Shown here: one piece after another, positions 22,457 to 34,020 of the stretch
Position numbering within the stretch: position 1 is the stretch's first letter
How the letters are laid out: every line of letters starts with the position of its first letter
Assembly: GCA_025558095.1 (NCBI GenBank)
Contig: JAIVFI010000044.1
Span: 1 to 64,000, forward strand
DNA length: 64,000 nucleotides
DNA from: Hyaloraphidium curvatum SAG 235-1
Taxonomy: Eukaryota; Fungi; Monoblepharomycota
Direction: 5' to 3'
Notes under the pieces: model-generated
Databases searched by the model: none
Told to the model about the DNA's origin: nothing
The model's input: the letters and a program-made list of their open reading frames with translations, nothing else
Position numbers and translations under genes: made by a program

Positions 22457-22542
22457 CCAGCCAAGGACGATTTGACTCTTGCGCCGAGCTTTTGGATTGC
22501 CATTGTCTTTGAGGCACACTTGACAACATTCGTAGCCCGTCC

Positions 22543-23675
22543 CTATTTGGCTTCGAGCTGGACCACGTATCGGTCCCTGACGGCACCCCTGTCCATCTCT
22601 TCAAACACCCCGTTGATGTCCTCCAGCTTGCACGGCGTCACCCTGGGCTTCACTTTTCCCTCGGCGATCATCTTCATCACCTCGGCCGCCTGCTCCGAGG
22701 ACCCCGCCAGCTGCGTGAGGATGCGAACGTTGGCCAGCTCGAGTGCCATGACGTCGAGCGTCACCGGCCCGTCGGGAACGCCGACAAAGACCGCGGCGCC
22801 GCCCGGGCGGACGATGGTAGTGGCCGAGGCGAAAGCAGGAACGGCGCCGGTGTAGACGATCGAGGCGTCGGGGGCATGGCCGCCCAGGACCGCGGCGACC
22901 TGCGCGGCGAGGTCGGCGCCCGCTTTGGCGGGGTTGACGGTGCCGTCGGCGCCGAGCTCTTTGGCGGCGGAGAGCTTGGTTTCGTCCACGTCGAGGGCGA
23001 CCACCTGGTGCGACGAACGGGCTCAGAATCACCGACTGATCACGCGGCTCCCATGTCGCTCCCACCTTGACCCCCTTGGCCTTGGCAATCTGTATCGCCA
23101 TCTGCCCCTCCGGCCCCGATCACCGCCACCGCATCGCCCTCCTTGACCCCGGCGGTTTCGATGGATCCCATCGCCGTGACCCCGGCACACCCACACGGGG
23201 CTGCAACTTCGAAGGACACGCCGTCGGGCGCAGTAATCGGCGAAGAAGCCCGGCTTCATCACGGCGTGGAAGCTACGTTTGGCGCAGAGGCGGTCGTCGC
23301 CGCGCTTGCAGTCGGGGCAGCTGCCGCACCAATCTGCGGAGTGGGAGCTGTGAGCGAAGAACGTCGAATTCACGACGGACAAAGAGCCCCACCGGAATGG
23401 GCCGGCGACAGGATCCTGTCCCCCACTGCGAACCCTTGAACCCCCTCGCCAACGGCCACCACAACTCCTGCGCCCTCGTGCCCTAGAGGTAATCCTGGAC
23501 CGGTTCCGAGGGCCTTGTGGAGCCCCTCCATGATCTGGTCCGTGTGACAGATGCCGGCCGCCGCGACTTTCATCAAGAGCTCGCCGGGGCCCGGCGAGGG
23601 CACCGGAAGCGTGGTGAGCTCGAGCGGGCGCGAGCCGTTAAGGACGGCGGCGCGCATGGTGGTGGGGAGGGTCAT
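22543..23675 (-). pseudogene. Zn-dependent alcohol dehydrogenase (MDR family) pseudogene
   Basis: GICHTD, GHEGAG, CGSCPDCKRGDDRLC, APCGCAGVT and VAVIGAGG. Frameshifting deletions near 23230 (FFADYC to PDGVSF) and near 23106 (GAGG to QMAIQIAKA); neither can be an intron. Confidence 0.8.
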
Positions 23676-24866
23676 CGTTGCGATGCGAGGCCGGAAGAAT
23701 GTGCTCGAATGGGGCTTGAATGGAAAGCGAAGGGACCGTGGGAGGCATTTCCGGATCTTGGAGTGCGCCAACCGATCTGCGCGGGCTGAAACAGTCCGCC
23801 CCAACAGCAGACGGTGCCACGCCGTTACGCCGGCGTCGACTAGGGGGAGATCCGCAAACTCCCAGGAGCAGTGGAACGTACCGGCGCGCCTCGGCAGCCC
23901 GACCTCGGCGGCGGCGACCCCGTAGACCAACACCCCAGACCCGGACCACGCGAGAGGGTACTAACCTGTTGAGCGTTGCCGTTGTTCATGGTTGGCGCGG
24001 CGTTGGTGAAGGGCGACGAGGAAGGAGTGGAAAGGAGGAAACAGGTGAGTGGGGTTGTTGACGGGCGTTGGGGGTCGGCGGGGCCGCTGCGGCCTGGAGG
24101 TCGGGTCTCGCGGGCGTGTTCTTGAAGGCGGCGAGCGGGCCGGCGCTGGCGGGCTGCAGGGCGGGAGGGATTTGCGTGTGGGGCGGCGAGCGGGAGGGAG
24201 CGGCCGCGATCGGCTGACGCGGCGTCCGGGGCAAATGCCCGAGATTCGGATCTCCGTGGAACATTCCATTTCCCTCCTTCATCTGTCCCGTAGTCGAGGG
24301 GAATGGGGACGGTCTGCAACGAGGCAGACGGCAGCATTGGGGTCACAGTGAACAAACTACAGCACATTGCGTTTGGTATCAGTCAATGCTTTGCAAGTCG
24401 CGGCTCGGCACCCAGAATCAGCCGCAGGCTCGGGGAAAACGAAACCGACAATTGATCGTCGTTTTGCAAAGTTCTCGTCCCGACTGTTTGCGAAATTGGT
24501 AGGGTCGCGTTTGCAGATTCGGGCATTGTTTTCAAGTGAAGACTGGTGATCCGTTTGTTTGTAGGGTCCTTTGATATCCGCAATCCTTCCGCGCCAAGTC
24601 TCACCCACACCCGCTCGCCGCGCAGCACGCTGGGGACCGCGCATGCCGGTTCCATTGGAAACATGAAGATCTCGCCGCTTACATAGTTCTCTGTAACTTG
24701 CAATTCCAGGAGGGACTCGTCGCAAAGCGTCGGCGGGTGCCCCTGCTCCAGGGTCCTAAGATCGGCACGCCCTTGCGACGAGTTGCAGAGCCCCGCGGCT
24801 CGGGGTCCGTGGCCACCTACAACTCGCAAAAATCGTGCGAAAACCACGCCTACCGCTCCGAGAACC

Positions 24867-25626
24867 ATGGTTGCCACGACCGAGAAACCGGCCGCCGCGA
24901 ACGGCGCCCAGCCCGCGCAGGGCGCCGCCCTCAAAGACGTCCTGACGAAGGAAGCGCAGGCCAAGCTCACGCCCGCCGAGGTGCTCCGCCGGCTCAAGGA
25001 GGGGAACGCCAACTTTGTGGAGGGCGATGTGACTTCCCGCGACCACGTCGAGCAGGTCCGTCGGTTCACGCACGCACCGGAGCTCGCGCTCTGACAGCCG
25101 ATCCCCCTGAATCTTTCAGGTCCGCAAGGCGGCCAAGGGCCAGTTCCCCAAGGCAGTGATCCTCTCCTGCCTCGACTCCCGCGTCCCGGTCGAGGACGTC
25201 TTCGACTGCGGTATCGGCGACCTCTTCGTCGCCCGCGTGGCCGGCAACTTTGCCAACACCGACATCATCGCCTCGATGGAGTTTGCCTGCAAGGTGGCGG
25301 GTGCCAAGCTGGTACTCACGCTTGGCCACGAGCACTGTGGTGCGATCAAGGGCGCTATTGATCAGGTCCAGCTCGGCCTGCTCCCCAAGATGCTGGAAAA
25401 GATCGAGCCCGCCGTCGAGGACGCGCTGAAGCAGTCGCCCGGCGCCAAGCGTACCAGCAAGGACGATGCATTTGTGCACCTCGTAGCGGAACGCAACGTG
25501 GCCCTCACTGTGGAGCAGATCCGCCGCGAGAGCGAAGTGCTGCGGTCGCTGGAAGCCGAGGGCAACCTCCTCTTTGTTGGGGCCATGTACGACATGGACA
25601 CGGCCAAGGTCACTTTCTTCGATTGA
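24867..25626 (+). CDS. Beta-class carbonic anhydrase, bacterial type
   Basis: LKEGNANF, ILSCLDSRVP, RVAGN and GHEHCGAI zinc ligands. Single intron 25056-25119. Confidence 0.93.
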
Positions 25627-25761
25627 TCAGCTCTGCCGTGTCGGGGCAACGTCGGACGCAACGCCAGTTGCGGATCGGGTGTGTCGTTGGAGGCATCCAT
25701 TTCGAGCAATACAATACGTATCATAGGCTCTAAACGACGCAGTAGTAAACTAGTCCCCAGA

Positions 25762-28476
25762 TCAAGTCCTGCTGCCGCTGCCCTGCCCAGTCCCAGAAGT
25801 TCCACACCCCAGACCGCTCGGCGCACCCGCCGCGTAGCTCCCGCCCCTTGTCCCCGTCACGGTTCCCAGCTCCAGCGCGCCCGGCCTGCCGTCCGCATGC
25901 CGCGTCGCGCGCCGGCTGAGCACCGTCGACGCGGTCGAGTTGAAATCGATCGACGGTGTGGCACCGATCGCGCGCATCGCCAGCTCGAGTTCGGGGGGTA
26001 TCACGGGGTTGGTGGTGCGGGAAGACGGGGTCGGCGAGGTGGGCGAGCTGTGAGACGTGCCCGTGATCCGGAGCGGAGGCGGTGCTGCACGCTGGGCGCC
26101 GGATGTCGAGGCCCTGGCGGTCGACGTCGAGGCCCGAACCGCCCTTGCCGCCGGAGTCGCCACGGCCGCACTCCCGGCTTGCGGCATCGCAGTTCCTGCC
26201 GGCGCCGCACCAACAACCGACGTTTGCGCGGCAACCGCCGACATCCCCATGGCATCCGCCCCGGAATCCGCCAGGCTGGCCACCCTCGTCGGCGGCCCCA
26301 TGCTCTGCACCCTGTTGGGTGCCGGCCCGTCCGCCATGGGGTACATCCCCGTCCTCGGCTGGTGCCCCGCTGCCGCGATCGCGGCTACCACCGCTTCGGC
26401 GGGCGACAACCTCGCCCCCGTCGCCGGCTTGTAGAACGGCAGATCTCCCTGCGACGCCGGCGGCTCGGAAGCCGTTCCGGGAGGGGACGCCGCGGCGGAA
26501 GCGGGCCGCGGCGTGCCCGCCTCGGACGGCACCAGCGTCGCGGTCGAGCTCCCGCCCGGGCTCCCCTCGTCCCAGTCCTCCAGCAGCGGCTTGTCCCCCG
26601 CCATCCCGTCCTCCTCGGAGTTCCTGGGAGACTTTGACCCGTCCCCAACCTCCCTGTCCGGGGATGGGGAGGGCGCGTGGTACAGCGACCTCCACACCGC
26701 GAACCCGGCGACGGAGAGCAGGAGCACCCCCGCGAGGGCGCCGAAGCCGGCCAGCAGCGCGTTGCGCGGGATGCCGCCCGACTGCGGCGGGGGCGCCGAG
26801 GCGGCCGCGAACGACTGGTCGGGGGCGGCGGTGGCCGCCGGTTCGAGGGAGGAGGTGGATGCGGTCGGGGGCCGCGAGCTCGGCGGGGTGAACGTGATGC
26901 GGGATACGGGGGTGCTGCTGGTGAAGAGGGTGGTTGTACTGGTAAGGCGGCTGCTGCGGGTGGCGCGGGACAGGGTGGCAGCGGTGGGGGTGATGGTCCG
27001 CGATTGGGACGCAAGCGAGCTCGAGCCCGATGCCGAGCTGACAAACGACATCCCCGTCGCAGCGATCGTCCTGGAAGACAGCGTTGCAGACGTGCCGAGC
27101 TGCGTTGTCCGCGTCGTGTCGCCGGCAGCGGGGACGATCTGCAATCCAGTAGCCGCCGCCGTCCGGCTGGTCGTCTTGCTGGTCCCCAAACTGCTCGTCG
27201 TCGGGCTGGTCGTAGAGCTCGTCGTGGTCTTTGTGGTCGTGCGAGTCGTCGACGTCGTCGTCTCCGAGGAGCTCGTCGTCGTTGTCTCGGACGAGCTGGT
27301 GGTCCGCGTGGTCTTTGGCCGGATTGGCTGCGCCACGGGAGGCTGCGTCGCGATGACGCCGATGCCTCCAAGACCGCCATTGTAGCGCGACGTGCGCTTG
27401 GACGTCGTCGTCGTCGTCGTCGTAGACGTGGTTGTTGTGGTCGTGGTCGTCGTTTCCGGCTCCGGCGCGAGCGGAGGGGGCGGAGGGGGCGGAGGGGGTG
27501 GCGGGGGTGGCGGAGGCGGCGGTGGCGGCGGTGCAGGAGGCGCTGGTTGCGGCGGCGGCACGGGATCTCCCCTTTCCGGCCCGTAGCACCAGAACTGTAC
27601 CCAATCCACTGCGAGCCTGTACCCGTCCCTCGCAGACGGGTCGTTCCAGTTCGTCGGCCCGCCGGCCCACTGCGCCGTGCCGGGGTCGCCCTGCCCGCCG
27701 TCCCAGATGTTGAAGACGAGCCGCGATTCGCGCCAGGGAAGCGCCGGCCCGCCGTCCAATCCGCCCGGGTAGTCCCTGAACCGCTCCTCGCGCACGACCG
27801 AGCCGTCCATCAGCCAGCGGATGTGGTCCTCCGTGCGCTCGATGCAGTAGGTGTGGAAGTTGTCGTCGCTGTCCCCCGACGGCACGGGGATCCCGATGAT
27901 GCCCTTTGTGTAGTCCGAGATGCCCTGGCTGAAGTAGTTGGTCTGCAGGTACCTGCCCTCGTCCTTGCCCACCCATTCCAGGTCGATCTCGTCGTCGATG
28001 TTGGGCTCGCTCGCGTTGTAGGCGATGAGCACGACGGCGGTCACCACGCCCGGCCCGCGGGCCGACTTGAGCGAGGCGCAGGCCATCCCCTGGCCGAACC
28101 AGCGGGTCCACGAGACGGCGGCTTGCAGGCCCTCGGGGTTGCCGAACCCGTTGATGCGGGTGTTGCGCATGCGGAGCACCAGCTCGCCGTTTTCGATGTC
28201 GGCGTCGTGCGGGCCGAACTCGGAGACGAACGACGGCAGGCCGGTCCACTCGTCCGCCGTGGTCAGGATCTCGGGGTGGTCAAAGTCCTCCCGGTAGTTG
28301 CGGCACGGCCATCGCTGCTCGAACTTGGACGTCGATGGCAGCGATTTCGCCGTGGAGGTCCGTGCCAAGAGGAGGGCGAGGGAGGCGCATGCTGCTATTG
28401 TCCGCAGCGCCGCCGCGAGAGGCCATCCGGGCGTCCGATCCCGCCGGCAACGATTATCCAATTCTGGTGCGAGCAT
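25762..28476 (-). CDS. GH16 (Crh-like) glycosidase/transglycosylase with poly-Pro and Ser/Thr stalk, TM helix and cytoplasmic tail
   Basis: DDEIDLEWVG catalytic motif, FHTYCIE, IRWLMDG, NIWDGG; TM LLAGFGALAGVLLLSVAGFAVW. Intronless. Confidence 0.88.
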   Translation of the reverse strand: MLAPELDNRCRRDRTPGWPLAAALRTIAACASLALLLARTSTAKSLPSTSKFEQRWPCRNYREDFDHPEILTTADEWTGLPSFVSEFGPHDADIENGELVLRMRNTRINGFGNPEGLQAAVSWTRWFGQGMACASLKSARGPGVVTAVVLIAYNASEPNIDDEIDLEWVGKDEGRYLQTNYFSQGISDYTKGIIGIPVPSGDSDDNFHTYCIERTEDHIRWLMDGSVVREERFRDYPGGLDGGPALPWRESRLVFNIWDGGQGDPGTAQWAGGPTNWNDPSARDGYRLAVDWVQFWCYGPERGDPVPPPQPAPPAPPPPPPPPPPPPPPPPPPPPLAPEPETTTTTTTTTSTTTTTTTSKRTSRYNGGLGGIGVIATQPPVAQPIRPKTTRTTSSSETTTTSSSETTTSTTRTTTKTTTSSTTSPTTSSLGTSKTTSRTAAATGLQIVPAAGDTTRTTQLGTSATLSSRTIAATGMSFVSSASGSSSLASQSRTITPTAATLSRATRSSRLTSTTTLFTSSTPVSRITFTPPSSRPPTASTSSLEPAATAAPDQSFAAASAPPPQSGGIPRNALLAGFGALAGVLLLSVAGFAVWRSLYHAPSPSPDREVGDGSKSPRNSEEDGMAGDKPLLEDWDEGSPGGSSTATLVPSEAGTPRPASAAASPPGTASEPPASQGDLPFYKPATGARLSPAEAVVAAIAAAGHQPRTGMYPMADGPAPNRVQSMGPPTRVASLADSGADAMGMSAVAAQTSVVGAAPAGTAMPQAGSAAVATPAARAVRASTSTARASTSGAQRAAPPPLRITGTSHSSPTSPTPSSRTTNPVIPPELELAMRAIGATPSIDFNSTASTVLSRRATRHADGRPGALELGTVTGTRGGSYAAGAPSGLGCGTSGTGQGSGSRT
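27400..27535. repeat. Coding low-complexity repeats (poly-Thr and poly-Pro) in the GH16 linker
   Basis: (gtc)n and (ggc/gga/ggg/ggt)n runs. Confidence 0.8.
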
Positions 28477-28862
28477 TCGAGGCGTCCGCGTCCGGCACGG
28501 CGGGTGCGAGGCCGTTGGAAGTCCGGCCGCTGCGGCGCGCCGGCTCCGGGCGAGGATCCCGGGCTGCCGGGCGGGGCCCGGGTCGAACGGCCCCGCGGCC
28601 GCCGGCATTGCTCGCAGGCAACGCGGAGGCGCGGCGGCGGGGCGGGCCGGCCTACGCAGGGGGACCGGCCGGGCGGTTTCTCGAGAGAGGGAGGGACGCC
28701 GGCGCGCCGCGGGCGCAGCACCCCGTCACGCATCCCCCAATCGGACGGACCGAATGAAACAAGGAACATGGGACTCGTACAGTAAATCCGAGTAGCTTTG
28801 TGCGTCTACAACTGCATGCTGCATGCTTCGCCCACCGGGGGTCGTTGATTGGCCCGACCTTC

Positions 28863-30240
28863 TCACTTCCACCCGCGCGCCTCCCTTTCGAGCTCCTCGG
28901 GATCGACCTCGCCGGCCTCCACCTTCTTCTTGAGCTTGTGCCGCTGGATCCCAAAGACCACCGCTGCAATGAGCGTCGCAGCCGCGGCGGCAGCCGCAAC
29001 CGCGATACCGGCGATCGCACCCGGCGAGAGGCCCGAGGAAGGCGGCGGGGTCGGCGTCGGCAGCGGCGAGACTAACGACACCGGGGCGTATTGCCAGGTC
29101 GGCGTCGGCGAGAGCGCGAGGAAGTACGGCCGGGCATCGTAGGTGTAGAGGTCCGCGCGCACGAGGTAGCCGCCAAAGACGACCATCCAGTCCCCGACGA
29201 CGTCGCCGCTCGCGCCCCACCGCAGCGACGGCTCGAGCAGCGCCGGCGTCGGGACGGGCACGTCGAGGATCGACCACACCAGCGTGCCCAGGTCCAGCGC
29301 CGACACCTGGTTCCGCTCCGCAGTGCCGGGGCCAAAGACCAGCACCCGGTTCCGCTTGGCGTCCAGCGAGCAGGCCGGGCCCGACATGGCCGGCGGTTTC
29401 GTGCCGCTAGCCTGGCCGTCGATGTTGGTCCATTTCGCCTGCCCGAACGAGTAGGTCCAGATGTCGTCCAGCGGCTTGCCCTGCGGGTCCGAGCCGAACC
29501 CGATCAGGATGCGGTCCTGGTCCAGCTGCACCACGCAGTGGAAGATGCGCGGGCCCGGGCCGGCGCCCGCCGCCGCCACGGTGGTGTTCTGCAGCACCAC
29601 CTGCCCGAACGGCTGCCCGACCGCCGTCGCACGCAGCTCGGCGTCCAGCACGTCCCGCGTCTTGTTGCGCGCCTGGTACCGCCCCGCAAACGTCACCAGA
29701 GTGCCGTTGGACGGGAGCAGCGCCCCGCCCGAGCTCGAGTCCCTCGGCAGCCCGCCCGTGCCGGCCTCGGTCCACCTCCCGGTCCGGCCCGCCGCCGTCT
29801 CCATGGCAAAAAGCGGCGCCGGGTCCATCGACGTGTCGTTCAGCTCCCCCTGCGCGCAGAGCACCCTCGCCCCCGCGGCGTCGAACGCGCACGAGGCGCC
29901 CGACCGCGGGCGGACCCCCGTGGCGGGCACGAGCGGGACCGCGTTGACGCCGGCCTTGGCGTCCTCGAGGGAGATGGCGAGGACGTCGCCGAACCAGCGC
30001 TGGAAGGCGGGGCCCGAGTTGTAGTCGCCGCGCTTGCCAAACAGGTAGTAACTTTTCCGGCGCGGGGATCGGTCGGCGAAACAACGGGCAGGAGACGGAG
30101 CACGGAACCCACATTGCCCGGTCCGCGACGACGGAAGACTGCAGCGCCCTCCCCAGGTCCGGAGGAATGTCCGCAACGGCCCCGGCGGCGGCGGAAAGCG
30201 CGGCGGCGAGCGCCAGGAGTGTCCGCCCTCTGGGCTTCAT
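28863..30240 (-). CDS. Type I membrane Kelch/galactose-oxidase-like beta-propeller protein
   Basis: Signal MKPRGRTLLALAAALSAAAGAVA; one intron near 30052-30112; Kelch-like GPRIFHCVV..ILIGFG..LDDIWTY and MVVFGG; TM LSPGAIAGIAVAAAAAAATLIAAVVFGI. Confidence 0.82.
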
Positions 30241-30912
30241 TCTGACCGAGAAGCGCACGCTCCGGTGCCCGAGACGGACGGAATGGGATCTGAGCAGCCG
30301 GATATCGGCGGGATTTGGGCGGGGAGGCTCCCGATTTGTTGCCCCAGAGTATTGCTGAGCGGTGTTTGGAAGCGGCTTCGGCTTCGCCACGCGGTGCTCT
30401 GCACGCGCTGCTCTAGCTTGCTCCGCCCACGTCGATCTGTCTCACGGAGGAGGCAAAAAGCAGCTTTGCGAATTGAGAAGAAAAACAGGAAAGAGAAAGA
30501 GGTAAGATTAGGAGAACCGAATTGTTGCGGAGCAACGATGACTCCTGGCACGCAAGCATATGCCGCCGCCTTCAAGCTACAGGAGCAATGCGGTCCTCCA
30601 GTCGTTGCCTCTCTCAAGACCCAGAGATCTGTATTGTGAGCTGGAGGAGCCATCTGGTCGTCGGGGCTCCAAGGATCGGCCTTCGGAGTTTCGGCCCTGT
30701 GGTTCCTCCAGTCCCCCAACACCGTGCATCCACTTGCAGCCTGGCATCCGTGGTCCTGTTAGCCTCGCTCGATGGAAAGAAGCAAGCCGACAAGCATGTG
30801 AAACGGCCGCCGGGAAGAATCGCCTAAACTGCCCGGGAGAACCCGCTGCGGCGGGCCCACATTCCTGGGCCCCGAAAACAGCGCCTCCTCCGAACACACC
30901 CCGGCCAAGGAA

Positions 30913-33534
30913 ATGGCCGCCGTCGCGCCCGCCTCGGCGTCGTCGGTGTCGCTCGTATGGGAGGACCTCACGTACTCGGTCAAGATCAAAAAGGGCGAAG
31001 TCCGCACCATTCTGGACAAGGTGTCGGGATTCGTCGACTCGGGGCGCCTCTGCGCGCTCATGGGGCCGAGGTGGGCGGACCGGGCAGCTTCCGCGGACGG
31101 GGCTGACGATGTTGCAGCGGTTCCGGCAAGTCGACGCTGCTGGACGTGCTCTGTGACCGGGTGCCGCCGGGGAACGCGCTCTCGGGGACCAAGCTCGTGA
31201 ACGGCCGGCCCGTCGAGAAGGGGCTCATGAAGCGGATAGCGGGCTACGTTCCGCAGGAGGGTGGGCACATCTTGGCGGCCCGCGGCTGGGATTCGTGTCC
31301 CTGACGGCGCGGCAGACTTCCTCCAGGCCGCGATGACGGTCAGGGAGAACATTGCCTTCTCCGCGGAGCTGCGCCTGAGCAAGCACATCCCCCGCTCCGA
31401 GAAGCTTCGTCGCGTGGACGAGGTCATCCGGGAGCTCAACCTGGAGAAGGTGGCCGACTCAAAGGTCGGTGATGGAACCTTCATCCGGGGCATCTCGGGC
31501 GGCGAGAAGAAGCGGGTCTCGATCGGGATGGAGCTCGTGACCGCGCCGGCCCTGCTGTTTCTTGACGAGCCGACCACGGGGCTCGACTCGTCGACCGCCA
31601 CGTCGGTGATGAAGCTGCTGAAGAGGCTGGCCAGGAGCGGACGGACCATCATCGCATCAATCCACCAGGTAGGCCACGAACTCTGCCATCAGAGCGACTC
31701 TCACACATTCTTGCCCCCGTAGCCGAAGTACGCAATCTGGACAGAGTTCGACGAGCTCGTTCTCCTCTCCAACGGCCGGGTAGTGTACGCCGGTGCCGCC
31801 AACCCCGACAAGGCGGCCAAGGCCGCGAACGAGTCGGGGGACGGTGGCCTCCTGGCCTACTTCAACCAGCTCGGCTTCCACTGCGAGACGTTCAATTCGC
31901 CCCCGGACTTTGCCCTGGACGTCATCACCGAGGGTGGGTCCCACGGCCGGTTGCCCTCGCGATCCATTCATCACCCCTCCCATAGATGAAGCTCGCCAGC
32001 GACGCCGGAAGCTCATCGCCATGGGCCAGGACCCGGACGACCCGAACGCGACAACCATGACGGCACGCCGGAAGTCCATGTTCCGCACCGGGACCGGCTC
32101 CAGCGACGCGGCTCCCAAGCCTTCCGTGACCAACGGCGCGCCCGACGGCAGCACCGTCGTCGAGCTCTCCTCGGCCGCCACGGCCACCTCCGTGGACCAC
32201 CCCGACGCGCTCCCCGGCACGATCTCCACCATCCCCGCCAACAACAACATCCCCATCCCCGACCTCTTCGCCTCCTCGCCCCAGGCCGCGCAGCTGGATG
32301 CGCGGATCGCCGAGTACCGCAAGGCCGGCGGTGACATGCCCCCGGCGCCGGAGCGGGAGCGGCCGAACCCGTTCTTCGAGCTGTTTGTGGTGCTGCAGAG
32401 GCAGATCCTGGCCGTGTTCCGGAATCCGAGGACGTGGATCATCCAGGTGGCCTCCAACGTCCTGCTGGCGTTCATTTTCGGCATCCTCTTCTTCCAGCTA
32501 GGCTTCACGCAGGAGGTGGGTCGACCTAAAGAGGACTGTACTGTCCGAGTTCTGACAGGTTCTTGGCCCATGCAGAGCGTCCAGAACAGGAATGGGGTCA
32601 ACTTCTTCGTGATCCAGTTCCTCGTCTTCTCCAACATGGGCGCCGTCGAACGTGGGCCTCGCTTCGGGCGTCTTTCGAACCGCCCGTCGTGACCTTCTTA
32701 CTCCGCAGTCTTCCTCGTCGACCGCCGCATCTTCTACCACGAGCGTGCCAACGGCTACTACCGCACGTTCTCGTACTTCCTCTCCAAGGTCGTCGGCGAT
32801 CTCGTCCCGCTCCGCATCATCCCGGCGTTCCTTTTCGGTAGGTTAGACATGGTCGCGCCGCGAACCTCGGCTGATGAGCACCGCAAAGGCACGATCATCT
32901 ACTGGATGGTCGGCTTCCAGGCCAACGCCGGCAAGTTCTTCTTCTACCTCCTCGCGCTCTTCGTCACCACCTTCGCGGGGACCTCGCTGGCCTTCGCCAT
33001 CTCGTCCTACGTCAACGTGTTCGCGCTGGGCACGCTGCTGCTCGGAGCGTGCTAGTGGGCGCCTCTTGGGCTCCCGACGAGGTCGTGCCGGAGCTGATCG
33101 CCGTCATTCCACAGCCTGATTATGATGGTCTTTGGAGGTCTGTTCATCAACCTCAACACCATCCCAGTATGGCTCCGGTGGCTCCAGTGGTTCTCTATAT
33201 TCAAGTTCGGAGTCGGTGGGTGGTGGGCTCTTGCTGATCTCGTGAACGAATCTCACGACTCCCCGCAGAGGCCGTGAACGTCAACGAGTTCTCGGGCCTG
33301 ACTTTCGAGTGCCCGCCTCCTGGGCAGCCGTGCCTGTTCCCCACCGGCGAGGCATACCTCGCCTTTGCTGGGTTCAACCCCAACATGATGTGGCCCGACA
33401 TCGGGATCCTCCTCGCCTGGAGCTTCGTGAGTTCTCGCGCACGCTTGGCGGGAGTTGTGCCTGATGAATCGCGTCCTCTCCAGTTCTACCTCACGGTCGC
33501 GTACATCGGTTTGGCGCTGAAGGGTAAGAAGTGA
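30913..33534 (+). CDS. ABCG half-transporter (White/ABCG2-like), about 10 introns
   Basis: ALMGPS|GSGKSTLL Walker A, ISGGEKKRVSIGMEL signature, FLDEPTTGLDS, IHQP, ERANGYY; C-terminal TM domain. Confidence 0.93.
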
Positions 33535-34020
33535 AGCCTTCCTGGCGAATGTGCACGGATCGACGCGGAGATCGGGTTGGCGTACAGGGATGAAGTGAAG
33601 CCTTCTAGCCAATGTGTATACATCGACCGCAAACGACTGAATCGCACCTCCAGCTGTCCCACGGCAAACCTCTTGACTCTCGGTGATGGTGGTGTCCTTG
33701 CGGTGCCGCCAATGGCCCGATGCGGAACGATTGGCGCCCAATCCGGTCAACAAACCCCGTCACCCCTCGCCCGACACACGAATCCCTGCGCTGGAGGCCC
33801 GATCTCCCGCCAGTGAGCAATTAAACGTTGGCAGCTTTTCCCCCGGTCCGGACGGGGCCGATTGGCCACGTGCGGCGGCGCAGCGCCCAACCTGTCAAAA
33901 CCGGGTTCCGACGTCCCTGGCGCTTCCGCCCAGGGCTAGCACAACACAGCGGGCGCCAAAGGAGCGGCGGATCGCGACCGCACACTCCTGAAGACGCAGG
34001 TGCCGGGGCCTGACGGGTCG

